Below are positions 41,645 through 51,845 of a stretch of DNA of 64,000 bases, piece after piece; position 1 is the stretch's first letter; every line of letters starts with the position of its first letter. The notes below the pieces were generated by a model. That model was not told where the DNA came from. It made no database searches and saw nothing but the letters and a program-made list of their open reading frames with translations. This stretch comes from an uncultured delta proteobacterium (GTDB lineage: Bacteria; Desulfobacterota; RBG-13-43-22), in assembly GCA_963711835.1 (NCBI GenBank), contig CAVQFQ010000005.1:320001-384000 (forward strand), written 5' to 3'. The translations under genes were made by a program, and so were the position numbers.

Positions 41645-41923
41645 ATGCCGACGACCTTAAAATCCAAGAGTATAGAACAATTACTGGCGGAGGCCGATGA
41701 GCTTATCCATAAAATAAATTCCGATGTCTTGGAAGACCTGGAAGAGGAACATCGCCTCCAGTTTGAAAAACATGCCCAAAGACTGCAGGAACTCAAGTCT
41801 GAAGTTCAGGCCAAGACCGAGAATAAAGGAACAATGGAATCATTTTCATCGGCCGAGGGAATGCACGAGGCAGTCCTGGATATTATCAAGGCCATGAAGG
41901 AATTGACCGCCTTTCTGACCTGA
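41645..41923 (+). CDS. Helical hypothetical protein
   Basis: AAGGA RBS, 92-aa helical ORF. Confidence 0.6.
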   Translation: MPTTLKSKSIEQLLAEADELIHKINSDVLEDLEEEHRLQFEKHAQRLQELKSEVQAKTENKGTMESFSSAEGMHEAVLDIIKAMKELTAFLT

Positions 41924-42034
41924 TTTGCGTCAAGGGCCTTGAAAAAAAACCGGCCGCTCAATCCATCGAGGCAACAGACCGATGGAACCCTTTGGCCGGC
42001 GGAAGAAGGACCCTTTGGAAAGAAAGGAAACGGT

Positions 42035-42210
42035 ATGATTTCAAAAATTCTTGTTCCTACTGATGGATCAAAAGCAGCTCAAAAGGCGGCACGGGATGCG
42101 GTTGACCTGACAAGACGGTTAAAAGCTTCGGTAATTCCTTGCGCGTTATCGATGAGGGCTCATTTATAAGCCAGAGCATTCCCGCAGGGGAGACACGGCA
42201 AGACAGGTGA
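42035..42210 (+). pseudogene. Truncated universal stress protein
   Basis: MISKILVPTDGSKAAQKA then frameshift and loss of the C-terminal half. Confidence 0.7.
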
Positions 42211-42263
42211 GGGAAATCTAAGGGACCCAAATAAATTCGGAGAGAAATAAAAGGAGGCTGTCT

Positions 42264-44162
42264 ATGGCCATAGGAGAAGAAAACGGCCTTATTGAGAAAA
42301 TAAAAAAAGTTTATCCTGAGAAATTGGCCTCCGAAGAAAAAATCTTCAGTCACATTCATCGAGGGGACCGTATTTTTATCAGTACCGCCTGTGGGGAACC
42401 CCAATACCTGGTCCGGGCCCTGATCCAATTTGTGGAATCAAACCCCAAGGCCTTCTTTGATGCGGAAATCCTGCATGTCTGGACCCTGGGAGTCGCTCCC
42501 TATACGGAAAAAAAATTTAAAGATAATTTCCGCCACAATTCCTTCTTCGTCGGAAATAATTCGCGAGAGGCGGTCAATCAAGGTCTGGCAGACTATACCC
42601 CCATCTTTCTTTCCCGGGTTCCGGATTTGTTCTACCGGGGTTTAGTACCCATCAATGTGGCCCTGATCCAAACTTCCCCGCCGGATATCCATGGCTATAT
42701 GAGCCTGGGGATCAGCGTGGATATCACCAAGGCGGCCGTGGAGAAGGCTTCCCTGGTCATCGCCCAGGTCAACCAATATATGCCCCGGGCCCACGGGGAC
42801 GGATTTATTCATATCAAAGATATCGATTTTATCCTCTGCCAGGATGAACCTTTATTGGAATACGAAGCGATCGCCCCCGATGAAGTGGCCTGCCAGATCG
42901 GAAAATATGTGGCCCGCATTGTCCAAGACGGGGATACTATTCAGGTGGGGTATGGGAGTCTGCCCAATGCCATTCTAAGTAACTTCAATGGAAAAAAACA
43001 TCTCGGGGTGCACACCGAATTACTGACCGATGGCCTGGTGGACTTGATCAAGAAGGGGGTGATCGACAACAGCCGCAAGACCCTGAACCGGGGCAAATCC
43101 GTGGCCACTTTCTGCATGGGACACCGGGAGACTTACGAATTCCTCCAAGACAACCCCAGTATTGAATTTCGGACGATTGATTATACCAATAATCCCCTAA
43201 CCATCTCCCGGCAAGAAAACATGACCGCCATAAACAGCGCCCTGGAGATAGATCTGACCGGGCAGGTGACCGCCGAATCCCTGGGCAAAACCTTTTACAG
43301 CGGGATAGGCGGGCAAGCGGATTTCATGCGGGGGGCTGTTTTGGCCCCGGGCGGCAAAAGCATTCTGGCCATCCAGTCCACGGCCGAATGGGGCAAGGTT
43401 TCCCGCATCGTTCCCTTCTTGCGGGAAGGGGCCGGCGTTACCCTCATCCGAGGAGACATTCATTACGTGGTGACGGAATACGGTATCACCTACCTTCATG
43501 GAAAGAACATCCGGGAACGGGCCATGGCCTTGATTTCCATCGCCCACCCTGATTTTCGCCCCTGGTTGATCGAGAAAGCCAAAGAGGCCAACCTCATCTA
43601 CCGGGACCAGGCCTTCATCCCGGGGCAAAGAGGAGAATATCCGGAGCATCTGGAAATATTCCGGACCACGGCCAAAGGGTTGCCGTTGTTTCTGCGCCCG
43701 GTAAAAATCAGCGACGAACCTTTGTTAAAAGATTTTTTCTACTCCCTTTCCGACCAAACCCTGGAGCGCCGATTCATTTCTTTGCGCCAGGACATGCCTC
43801 ATGAACGGTTGCAGGAATTTGTGGTCATCGACCATACCAGAGAAATGCTCATCCTGGCTTGCCTTAAAGAAGGAGAATGGGTAAAAATCATCGGAATGGG
43901 ACAGTATTTTATCGACGAGAACATTCATTACGCCGAAGTCGCCTTGGTGACCCGGGATGATTATCAGGGCCAGGGGATCGGCAGGGAGCTCCTGTCCTAT
44001 TTGACCTATCTGGCCAAGCGGGAAGGTCTTTTAGGTTTTACCGCCGAGGTCCTGGTGGAAAACAGACCGATGCTCCATTTATTCGAGACGATGGGCTTTG
44101 ATATCCAGAGGCAAAATGACCGAGGCGTGTATGAAATGAAACTGACTTTCAGGGTAACCTGA
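42264..44162 (+). CDS. Acetyl-CoA hydrolase/CoA-transferase fused to C-terminal GNAT domain
   Basis: LGVHTE, EIDLTGQV, SGIGGQADF, VVTEYG; DDYQGQGIG, VENRPM. Confidence 0.88.
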   Translation: MAIGEENGLIEKIKKVYPEKLASEEKIFSHIHRGDRIFISTACGEPQYLVRALIQFVESNPKAFFDAEILHVWTLGVAPYTEKKFKDNFRHNSFFVGNNSREAVNQGLADYTPIFLSRVPDLFYRGLVPINVALIQTSPPDIHGYMSLGISVDITKAAVEKASLVIAQVNQYMPRAHGDGFIHIKDIDFILCQDEPLLEYEAIAPDEVACQIGKYVARIVQDGDTIQVGYGSLPNAILSNFNGKKHLGVHTELLTDGLVDLIKKGVIDNSRKTLNRGKSVATFCMGHRETYEFLQDNPSIEFRTIDYTNNPLTISRQENMTAINSALEIDLTGQVTAESLGKTFYSGIGGQADFMRGAVLAPGGKSILAIQSTAEWGKVSRIVPFLREGAGVTLIRGDIHYVVTEYGITYLHGKNIRERAMALISIAHPDFRPWLIEKAKEANLIYRDQAFIPGQRGEYPEHLEIFRTTAKGLPLFLRPVKISDEPLLKDFFYSLSDQTLERRFISLRQDMPHERLQEFVVIDHTREMLILACLKEGEWVKIIGMGQYFIDENIHYAEVALVTRDDYQGQGIGRELLSYLTYLAKREGLLGFTAEVLVENRPMLHLFETMGFDIQRQNDRGVYEMKLTFRVT

Positions 44163-44314
44163 TAAACGATCAGATAGGGATCCTGGTGAAAAAGACCCCC
44201 AAACAAAGTAGCCAATTCTCCTTTTCATTGAGCTACGCAGCTTCACCGTTTATTGAAGGTCGAATTCAGGCCTTTCGATGTTTTTAAAATAGTAGAAGTT
44301 ATGAAAGGAAAATT

Positions 44315-46246
44315 ATGCCCTCCAATGGAATAAAAGAATTAATAGAAAATTTAAAAGACAAATTTCGTTCTGTCTTTAGTCCTCAGGACCCCCAGAAAAA
44401 GAAGAATGCCTTGCCCCCCAAGGCTCATTTCAGCATCTGGTATTTCCTGATCGCCTTCCTATTATTTACCTTTGGGCAACAATACTTTCTTTCTCGAAAA
44501 GTGGAGACGATTTCCTACGGCCAATTTAAACAATACTTGGCTGACGGCCTGGTGAGTAAATTGACCATCGGCCCGGAAAATATCAGCGGAACACTAAAAG
44601 GAAAAGAAAAAATGCCGGGCCAGGAGTTCACCACGATTCGGGTTAACGATCCCGACCTGGTCAAGGACCTGGATACCCACCAAGTCAATTACTCCGGATA
44701 CAATGAGAGTAAATTCCTGAGCGGTCTTCTTTCCTGGATCATTCCAATCGGCATTTTTTTCCTGATCTGGCGGTTCGCCATGAAAAAGATGGGGCCGGGC
44801 ATGGGGGTCATGTCCTTCAGCAAAAGCAAGGCCAAGCTATTTGCCGAGAATGAGACCAAGGTGACTTTCGCCGATGTAGCCGGGATTGACGAGGCCAAGG
44901 AAGAACTTCAGGAAGTCGTGGAGTTTTTAAAGAGCCCCGGGAAGTTCCAGAGGCTGGGAGGGAAAATTCCGAAAGGAGTACTCCTGCTCGGCGTACCTGG
45001 AACGGGCAAGACCCTTCTGGCCAGGGCTGTGGCCGGAGAGGCTCAAGTACCTTTCTTCAGCATCAGCGGGTCTGAGTTTGTGGAGATGTTCGTCGGTGTG
45101 GGAGCGGCAAGGGTGCGCGATCTTTTTTCGCAGGCCACTACCCAAGCCCCCTGCATCATCTTCATCGATGAATTGGACGCCTTGGGGAAGGCCCGGGGAA
45201 TGAATGTCATGGGCGGACACGACGAACAAGAGCAGACGCTCAATCAGCTCCTGGTGGAGATGGATGGATTCGAAACCAATAAAGGGGTCATCATCATGGC
45301 CGCCACCAACCGGCCGGAAATCCTGGATCCGGCCTTGTTGCGTCCGGGGCGGTTTGACCGGCAGGTCCTGGTGGATCGCCCGGATATCAACGGCCGGGAA
45401 GCCATCCTGAAGATCCATTCCAAAAATGTCTTGTTAGGCCCCGATGTCGATCTCCGTTTGATCGCCGGCCGCACCCCGGGTTTTGTGGGAGCCGACCTGG
45501 CCAACCTCATCAATGAAGCCGCCCTGCTGGCCGCCCGAAAAAACAAAGAATTGGTCGAGATGTCGGATTTCGACGAGGCCATCGACCGGGTGGTTGGAGG
45601 TCTGCAGAAAAAAAACCGGGTGATGAACGCCCAGGAGAAGGAAATTGTTGCCTTTCATGAGTCCGGACACGCGATAGTGGCCGAATCGGTCGAGCATGCC
45701 GACCCGGTGGCCAAAATTTCCATTATTCCTCGCGGGATCTCGGCTCTCGGCTATACCCAACAGCAACCCACCGAGGACCGCTACTTGATGACGCGCCCGG
45801 AGCTGCTGGACCGACTGGCTGTTCTTTTAGGAGGCCGGGTGGCGGAGGAGCTGGTTTTCGGAGAAATCTCCACGGGGGCCCAAAACGACCTGCAGCGGGC
45901 TACAGATATTGCCCGTTCCATGGTCGCCGAATATGGCATGAGTGATCGCCTGGGACTGGTGACCTATGAGCGCCCCCGTCAGCCCATGTTCCTCCCGGGA
46001 AATTTTACTTCCCAAAAAACCTACAGCGAGGAGAAAGCAGCCCAAATTGATGAAGAGGTCGCCCGGGTCGTCGAGAAGGCCCATCAAAGGGTGCAAGGAA
46101 TCCTCTCCGGGCAACGGAAGGTCCTCGATGATTTGGCCCATCTCCTTTCGCAGAAGGAAATTGTTCTGGGGCCGGAGCTCAGAGAGATGTTGTCCAAATC
46201 TCCATCCAAACCCTTGACTCTTCCATCGGAGACCAAGGGGTCGTAA
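44315..46246 (+). CDS. ftsH: ATP-dependent zinc metalloprotease FtsH paralog
   Basis: [40 protein letters not shown]. Confidence 0.96.
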   Translation: MPSNGIKELIENLKDKFRSVFSPQDPQKKKNALPPKAHFSIWYFLIAFLLFTFGQQYFLSRKVETISYGQFKQYLADGLVSKLTIGPENISGTLKGKEKMPGQEFTTIRVNDPDLVKDLDTHQVNYSGYNESKFLSGLLSWIIPIGIFFLIWRFAMKKMGPGMGVMSFSKSKAKLFAENETKVTFADVAGIDEAKEELQEVVEFLKSPGKFQRLGGKIPKGVLLLGVPGTGKTLLARAVAGEAQVPFFSISGSEFVEMFVGVGAARVRDLFSQATTQAPCIIFIDELDALGKARGMNVMGGHDEQEQTLNQLLVEMDGFETNKGVIIMAATNRPEILDPALLRPGRFDRQVLVDRPDINGREAILKIHSKNVLLGPDVDLRLIAGRTPGFVGADLANLINEAALLAARKNKELVEMSDFDEAIDRVVGGLQKKNRVMNAQEKEIVAFHESGHAIVAESVEHADPVAKISIIPRGISALGYTQQQPTEDRYLMTRPELLDRLAVLLGGRVAEELVFGEISTGAQNDLQRATDIARSMVAEYGMSDRLGLVTYERPRQPMFLPGNFTSQKTYSEEKAAQIDEEVARVVEKAHQRVQGILSGQRKVLDDLAHLLSQKEIVLGPELREMLSKSPSKPLTLPSETKGS

Positions 46247-46262
46247 TAAAAAGTTCGATCCT

Positions 46263-46421
46263 CCTCCGCAGTTCCCTCCATATCTGGAGGTTCCTCCAAA
46301 TATGGAGGCCCACCCGTAATTTCCAACATCCCCACCTTTCCCGTCTATCAATTTAACCTTCTGTTATTAATAGATGTTTCCAGATCAGGCGAATTCCCGG
46401 TTGTTGGCAACCTCTTTGCAG
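46263..46421 (+). promoter_or_regulatory. sigma54 promoter module 5 (most symmetric UAS)
   Basis: CCTCCATATCTGGAGG 46275-90, CCTCCAAATATGGAGG 46293-308; TTGGCAACCTCTTTGCA with GG 46406-7, GC 46418-9. Confidence 0.88.
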
Positions 46422-46432
46422 TTGCTAATTTT

Positions 46433-46822
46433 ATGATCCTGGTCACCATACGAATGAAGATTTCTGCTGCCAAGCGCCGAGAGCTGTCACAGACCATTGC
46501 TTCACTGATCGGTTCCATGAAAACGGAGCCGGGATGTCGGCGCTTCGACTTTTGCCAGAATGTGGAGAATGAAAATGAGCTCTATCTTCTTGAGGAATGG
46601 GAAAACCAGGAAAATCTTAAAAACCACCTGATGTCGGAGCGTTTTAGGGTACTGCGCGGGGCCATGAACCTTCTTCAGGAGCCCTATGAGCTGCAATTTC
46701 ACACCCTTTTCCACCCGTCGAGGATGGAGGCTTTAATTAAATGGATTGATGAACCTACCCAGGAAGGACCGAAAAGAAGAGGATGTTTGGACGAAGGGCC
46801 TTATTGGCTAATTAAACACTAA
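46433..46822 (+). CDS. ABM / putative quinol monooxygenase-family protein
   Basis: EPGCRRFD..EEWENQENLKNHLMSERF. Confidence 0.8.
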   Translation: MILVTIRMKISAAKRRELSQTIASLIGSMKTEPGCRRFDFCQNVENENELYLLEEWENQENLKNHLMSERFRVLRGAMNLLQEPYELQFHTLFHPSRMEALIKWIDEPTQEGPKRRGCLDEGPYWLIKH

Positions 46823-46844
46823 CCAAAAGAAAGAGAGGCAGCTT

Positions 46845-47375
46845 ATGCGTTTTATCAAGATCTTCCTGTTTTTAACCTTGAGTCTGGCCGTTGGTTTTTT
46901 GGGTTGTACGAAAGATCAAAAGTCGGAGGCTCCCAAACAGGAGCAGGTTACAAAAAGTCTGGTTCCCCCGAAGGCCGAGGTTAAGGGCCAGAATTTTCTT
47001 TTGGAGCTTAGCGATCTTCAAGTCGTTATGATGATGGACAAAGCTTCGAAGGAGATCACCGATACACCAAACCTTAAAGGCCGCATCAAAATAACCAATC
47101 AATCGAATGACAATCTGGAAATCCAAGGGATCACCTTGGAATACCTGGATCAAGCGGGTCAGCCCATCCCTTTTACCTCCGGAGAGAAAATATCGAAGGC
47201 GACCATAATGTTGCAGGCGATCAAGCCCGGAGAGATTACCGAAGGTTCCATCGATGCCACCATCCCCAGGAAGGCGGTCAAGGAAAAGGCCTTGGGAAAA
47301 ATTGAAGTCAACCTGGTCTACGTCCCGACGCTGCTTAAACGAGAGAGGTTGTCATTCTCTCAAAAGGTTGAATAG
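46845..47375 (+). CDS. Hypothetical lipoprotein
   Basis: FLGC lipobox, GAGG RBS. Confidence 0.65.
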   Translation: MRFIKIFLFLTLSLAVGFLGCTKDQKSEAPKQEQVTKSLVPPKAEVKGQNFLLELSDLQVVMMMDKASKEITDTPNLKGRIKITNQSNDNLEIQGITLEYLDQAGQPIPFTSGEKISKATIMLQAIKPGEITEGSIDATIPRKAVKEKALGKIEVNLVYVPTLLKRERLSFSQKVE

Positions 47376-47403
47376 CCGTACGGACTAAATGAAATAGGCA
47401 GGC

Positions 47404-47450
47404 GCTCGCTGACCCCCTGGTACCGCCTGGGCGGGACGGGGTCAGCGAGC
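47404..47450. terminator. 13-bp-stem hairpin
   Basis: gctcgctgacccc / ggggtcagcgagc. Confidence 0.5.
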
Positions 47451-47674
47451 CAATCAAAAAGTGAAAAAATGAAAGCGCTTCCGGTCTTTGTTCAGACGGC
47501 CCTTGCCCCTTCCCCTGGCTATAACGTACTCGATTTATGGATTCCATTTCCGAAAAGTATTCTAATTAAATTCCGTGCTGGACCTGATCAAGGGAGAAAA
47601 GTGGTAGTCTTGGCGCCCGGTGTGATTGATCCGGAAAATAATCAACATTTCTTTACAACAGAAGGGGTTTTCGT

Positions 47675-48091
47675 ATGAGTGGGACAATGCCGGAAACGGA
47701 AACAGCGGGTGATGTTGAGAAAATCACCAAGAAAAAACTAATGGAAGACCTTAAGACCGTTGTGAACGATGCGGAAGAACTGCTGAAAAAGGCAGCTTCC
47801 GACCAGACCAGGGAATGGATTGCAACGGCGCAGGCTACGGCGAAGAAATCGTTAAAATCCGCCAATGACTGGCTCGCAGAGGAAGAAGGTGCGATGACGG
47901 CCAAGGCCAGGGCTACGGCCAAGGCCACTGAAGACTACGTACGGGCCAATACCTGGATGGTCATGGGAATGGCTGCCCTGGCGGGCTTAGTCATCGGCAT
48001 TTTGGCTGGTCGACGTGGGCTGCCCGTCATAGAGGAGGGGAAAAGGCTGGTCACTCCAGGTGGGGGATCCAGGACGATGGACAAAGGCTGA
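47675..48091 (+). CDS. DUF883/ElaB/YqjD family protein
   Basis: KLMEDLKTVVNDAEELLK, TEDYVRANTW..G.A...GLVIGIL.GRR. Confidence 0.85.
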   Translation: MSGTMPETETAGDVEKITKKKLMEDLKTVVNDAEELLKKAASDQTREWIATAQATAKKSLKSANDWLAEEEGAMTAKARATAKATEDYVRANTWMVMGMAALAGLVIGILAGRRGLPVIEEGKRLVTPGGGSRTMDKG

Positions 48092-48132
48092 AGGATCAAT
48101 AGGAGAACAAAACCAAAAAAGGAGGGATAACC

Positions 48133-48777
48133 ATGCAACACAAAACATTTTTTTTAATTATCTTTATATGTTCTCTCATTATCACCTGGGCTTTTTCTCC
48201 AGGACCAAAAGCCCAAACTCCTCAAACTCCGTCGGTTAAAGCAGAGGAACCTGAATCTTCATTTCAAAAAGCCGATGAGTTCTTTCTGAAGAAAGACCTA
48301 AAGGCAGCCGCAACTGAAATTCGAAAAGGTGCCGGATTTCTAAAAATGAAAGTAAAAGAGGCCACAAAGGATGGAAAAGAAGGCTTAAAGGCGTCTGTTC
48401 AAGAATTAGAAAAATTAGCCAGGGACGTTGAAAAAGGGGCGGTGACCTCCGAGGAGAAGCTCAAAGACACCTTTGCGAGATCGTATCAGGCCTTAGCCAA
48501 TCACCATTATCTGAAGGCCTCTGAATCCTGGGCGAAGAAAAAGACCAAAGAGACCGGCCAAGCCCTTACCGCTGCAGCGCAGTATCTGGAGCAAACGGCC
48601 AGGTGGTCTGGTCGCAAACTGGAAACAGGTACGGCTGAAGTCGTAAATTACGTGCGTATAGTCGGCGGTAAACTCATAAAAGGTACAGACTATGGCGTTG
48701 AAGAGGTAGGCAAAGGTATCAAAGAAATTGGCCGTGAGCTTTCAAAGCTCGGTAAAAAGACGGAGCCCCAAAAATAA
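48133..48777 (+). CDS. Secreted helical hypothetical protein
   Basis: Signal peptide, Lys/Ala-rich helices, GGAGG RBS. Confidence 0.65.
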   Translation: MQHKTFFLIIFICSLIITWAFSPGPKAQTPQTPSVKAEEPESSFQKADEFFLKKDLKAAATEIRKGAGFLKMKVKEATKDGKEGLKASVQELEKLARDVEKGAVTSEEKLKDTFARSYQALANHHYLKASESWAKKKTKETGQALTAAAQYLEQTARWSGRKLETGTAEVVNYVRIVGGKLIKGTDYGVEEVGKGIKEIGRELSKLGKKTEPQK

Positions 48778-48861
48778 ATAGTTGGTGCGGTTTTTTCTTT
48801 AAGCTTTTAAACAACGGCTTGATACAAAACGGGCCATTTAGTTGCCGGAAAGGAGGCATCA

Positions 48862-49011
48862 ATGCTTTGGACCATATTTGTGATTCTCTTAATTTTGTGG
48901 CTGTTGGGATTTATTGGTGGCTATGCGGCTGGTGGACTCATTCATATCCTGCTGGTCATCGCCGTCGTCGTAATATTGATCCAAGTTTTTCAGGGTCGAA
49001 GACGATTGTAG
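48862..49011 (+). CDS. lmo0937-family protein, further intact copy (49 aa)
   Basis: MLWTIFVILLILWLLG...GGLIHILLVIAVVV...QGRR; AGGAGG RBS. Confidence 0.85.
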   Translation: MLWTIFVILLILWLLGFIGGYAAGGLIHILLVIAVVVILIQVFQGRRRL

Positions 49012-49223
49012 CCATAAAAAATGACCTGATCGTGAAATAGGCGGCCGCTATCCTTATTTTGAGATTTATAAATCGAAGACGCTCCATTTAATCCCCATAG
49101 GTTATAAAGCGTGGCTTCGTTCAACCCGATGGTATACGGAATTCCATTAAGTTCTAATCCGTATACCATATCGTTTTCTGATTATTTTCTTTAACTTTAA
49201 TAGTTGGAAAGAAAGGAGAAGCC

Positions 49224-50972
49224 ATGCAACGCGCAAGAAAAACAGTCAAGGCGATTCTTGCGGTGCTCCATGCGGGCATAGTAATCGCTGTTAGTAGCTG
49301 GGCCTTTGCCCAAGGAGGCGGCATCTCAGGTTCCGTAAAGGATCTCTTAAACAACCAGGGAATTCAAGGGGTAATCATCACGGTAAAAGATGTAAGTACC
49401 GGTACGTTGGCAGGAACAGGGACTACTGATGCGTTGGGTAACTATTCAGTGGGTATTCCAGCCCCGGGGAATTACACCCTCGAGGCCTCAAAACCTGGAT
49501 ATAACAATATGTCGGCACCGGATGTGGTGGAGCTTTCCGATAAGACCCCGAACCGGACCGTAAATATCAATATGGGCGGAAAAGCGTGGTTGAAGTACAA
49601 GCCCGGGGTGCCGACATCGGCCCTGTCTTGGGAGACGGGGGCCGGCAAGAGCTATCTCATCCCAGCCCTCGAAATCCCGGGCTTCATCCTTCTCCTCAAC
49701 GGGTATGCCCGGCTCGCCTACCCCAACGAGATGTCTGGAGGGAAAAAAACCTACGACACGAACCTGTCAACCTTCTGGGACCACGTCGTCCACGGGCCCT
49801 GGGGGGTCGACCAGGACGCCTTCGCCGTGAACCAATTCGACCATCCGTATCAGGGATCCATGTACTATGGATTCGCGCGATCGGCCGGCCTCAATTACTG
49901 GGAGTCGCTCCTCTATACCAACGCGGGCAGCTTTCTCTGGGAAACATACGGGGAGAACACACCGCCCTCCATCAATGACCAGTTCGGCAGCGGCATTGCC
50001 GGGAGCTTCTTCGGGGAGGCGTTGTTCCGGATGGCCAGTTTGGTGCTTGAGGGCGATGGCGGCAAACCCGGGTTCTGGCGCGAACTGGGCGCGGCGATGA
50101 TTTCGCCACCCACGGGTTTCAATCGCCTTGCCTTCGGCAACCGGTTCAAGCCCGTATTTTCGAGCCATGATCCGGCCATCTTCTGGCGCCTGCGGCTCGG
50201 CGGAAGTTTGAATTCGGACCTGAACGACCAGGGCGGCTCGAGCACCATCAACCGGAGCGAGGTGACTGCGGACTACTCCATGGCCTACGGGCTCCCTGGG
50301 AAGCCCGGTTATAGCTATACGCGTCCTTTCGACTACTTCCATTTTGAATTCACCAGCGTCAGCACCGCAGATAACCCTTTCGATAACGTCATGATCCGCG
50401 GCCTCCTCCTCGGAAAGGACTACGAGGCAGGCAACGCCTATCGCGGGGTATGGGGCCTCTACGGCGGCTATGACTACATATCGCCGCACATCTTCCGCGT
50501 TTCAAGCACCTCCGTCTCTCTCGGTACTACCTTTCAATGGTGGCTCTCGCGAGCGGTAGCGCTCCAGGGCTCGCTCCTCGGTGGTCTTGGTTACGCTGCG
50601 GCCGGTAATGTCACCCAATTGGGTGAACGCGACTACCACTACGGCGTCGCCCCGCAGGGGCTCCTCGCGCTCCGCCTCATCCTTGGCGACAGGGCCATGT
50701 TTGACTTAACAGAACGCGCGTATTATGTAACCGGCTTTGGCGGCAGCGAACCGGGGGGAAGGGAGATCGTCAACCGCCTGAACATGGGATTCACCTTTCG
50801 CATTTTCGGCCGTCACGCCCTCGGGATCCAATACATCGCCTCCATCCGAAATGCGCACTATCCCGACCGGGCCGACAGTCACCAGACGGTGGGAACCGTC
50901 AGCCTCGTTTACACTTTACTTGGCAACACCCGGTTCGGCGCTGTCGAGTGGCGCGGCGCTGACAGCCGCTGA
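49224..50972 (+). CDS. Carboxypeptidase-regulatory-like domain + DUF3943-like outer-membrane protein
   Basis: GTTDALGNY..GNYTLEASKPGY; DQDAFAVNQFDHPYQGSMYYGFARS, PSIND. Confidence 0.72.
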   Translation: MQRARKTVKAILAVLHAGIVIAVSSWAFAQGGGISGSVKDLLNNQGIQGVIITVKDVSTGTLAGTGTTDALGNYSVGIPAPGNYTLEASKPGYNNMSAPDVVELSDKTPNRTVNINMGGKAWLKYKPGVPTSALSWETGAGKSYLIPALEIPGFILLLNGYARLAYPNEMSGGKKTYDTNLSTFWDHVVHGPWGVDQDAFAVNQFDHPYQGSMYYGFARSAGLNYWESLLYTNAGSFLWETYGENTPPSINDQFGSGIAGSFFGEALFRMASLVLEGDGGKPGFWRELGAAMISPPTGFNRLAFGNRFKPVFSSHDPAIFWRLRLGGSLNSDLNDQGGSSTINRSEVTADYSMAYGLPGKPGYSYTRPFDYFHFEFTSVSTADNPFDNVMIRGLLLGKDYEAGNAYRGVWGLYGGYDYISPHIFRVSSTSVSLGTTFQWWLSRAVALQGSLLGGLGYAAAGNVTQLGERDYHYGVAPQGLLALRLILGDRAMFDLTERAYYVTGFGGSEPGGREIVNRLNMGFTFRIFGRHALGIQYIASIRNAHYPDRADSHQTVGTVSLVYTLLGNTRFGAVEWRGADSR

Positions 50973-51239
50973 GCTGGGAAAGGAGAGGCTCCAGGTATTA
51001 AATTTAAACACTGCCGTGAAGAAAACATGAAACGTTGTCATCTCCGGTCTAACGTCCTGCTATTCGGAATGCTGGCCTGCCGTTTCACACGACATGGGGT
51101 CGACAGGACAGGGGACCGGTGGACGCATGTCCTCTTTAAATCCTGAGAAGTGTAGGGAAGGGAAGGAGTGATCAACCAGTCTTTTAAAGCCGGGTGCGGC
51201 TGGGCTTGATGCCTTAAATCGAAAACAAAAGGTATACCA

Positions 51240-51797
51240 ATGGATCAGAAAGTAAGTGAAATATCAGAAAAACTCTTTCGTAGGAAATATGAGCAGCTTA
51301 GTGAACGAGAAAAAAAAGTTGCTCGTCATCTTGCTGAAGGAACCCATATTTCGAGAAATACGGCTGAAGAATTTGATGATCAATTGACTTTTGGTCAGAG
51401 ATTAGCGGATCAGGTAGCTACTTTTGGAGGTTCCTGGACTTTCATCTCAATCTTTGGTGCTGTACTGTTTTTTTGGATTATGCTAAACTTTTTTCTTGTT
51501 ATCAAATTTGATAGTTCTTTCGATCCCTATCCTTATATTTTATTAAACCTGGTCTTATCTATGCTGGCTGCCATTCAAGCTCCGATAATCTTGATGTCTC
51601 AAAACCGACAGGCCTCTAAAGATCGCCTGAGTGCGGAACATGATTACGAAGTCAACCTAAAGGCGGAGCTTGAAATAATGGCCCTGCATGAGAAAGTGGA
51701 CTTGCTGAGAGAGAAACAATGGACTGAGCTTATTTCTATTCAACAGGAAGAGCTAAAACTATTGGGTCAATTAGTTGAAGGTCTAAATAAAGAGTAA
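51240..51797 (+). CDS. DUF1003 membrane protein
   Basis: FGGSWTFI, FDPYPYILLNLVLS, QAPIILMSQNRQ. Confidence 0.9.
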   Translation: MDQKVSEISEKLFRRKYEQLSEREKKVARHLAEGTHISRNTAEEFDDQLTFGQRLADQVATFGGSWTFISIFGAVLFFWIMLNFFLVIKFDSSFDPYPYILLNLVLSMLAAIQAPIILMSQNRQASKDRLSAEHDYEVNLKAELEIMALHEKVDLLREKQWTELISIQQEELKLLGQLVEGLNKE

Positions 51798-51845
51798 TGA
51801 ACCGCAGGTTAGCCCGGCCCACCATTTATGAAGGGAATATTCATC

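Noticed and set aside
23711-46421. Modules as CRISPR repeats or MITEs
   Set aside because: No repeat-spacer periodicity, cas genes, terminal IRs or target duplications; all are co-oriented in front of genes with -24/-12 boxes.
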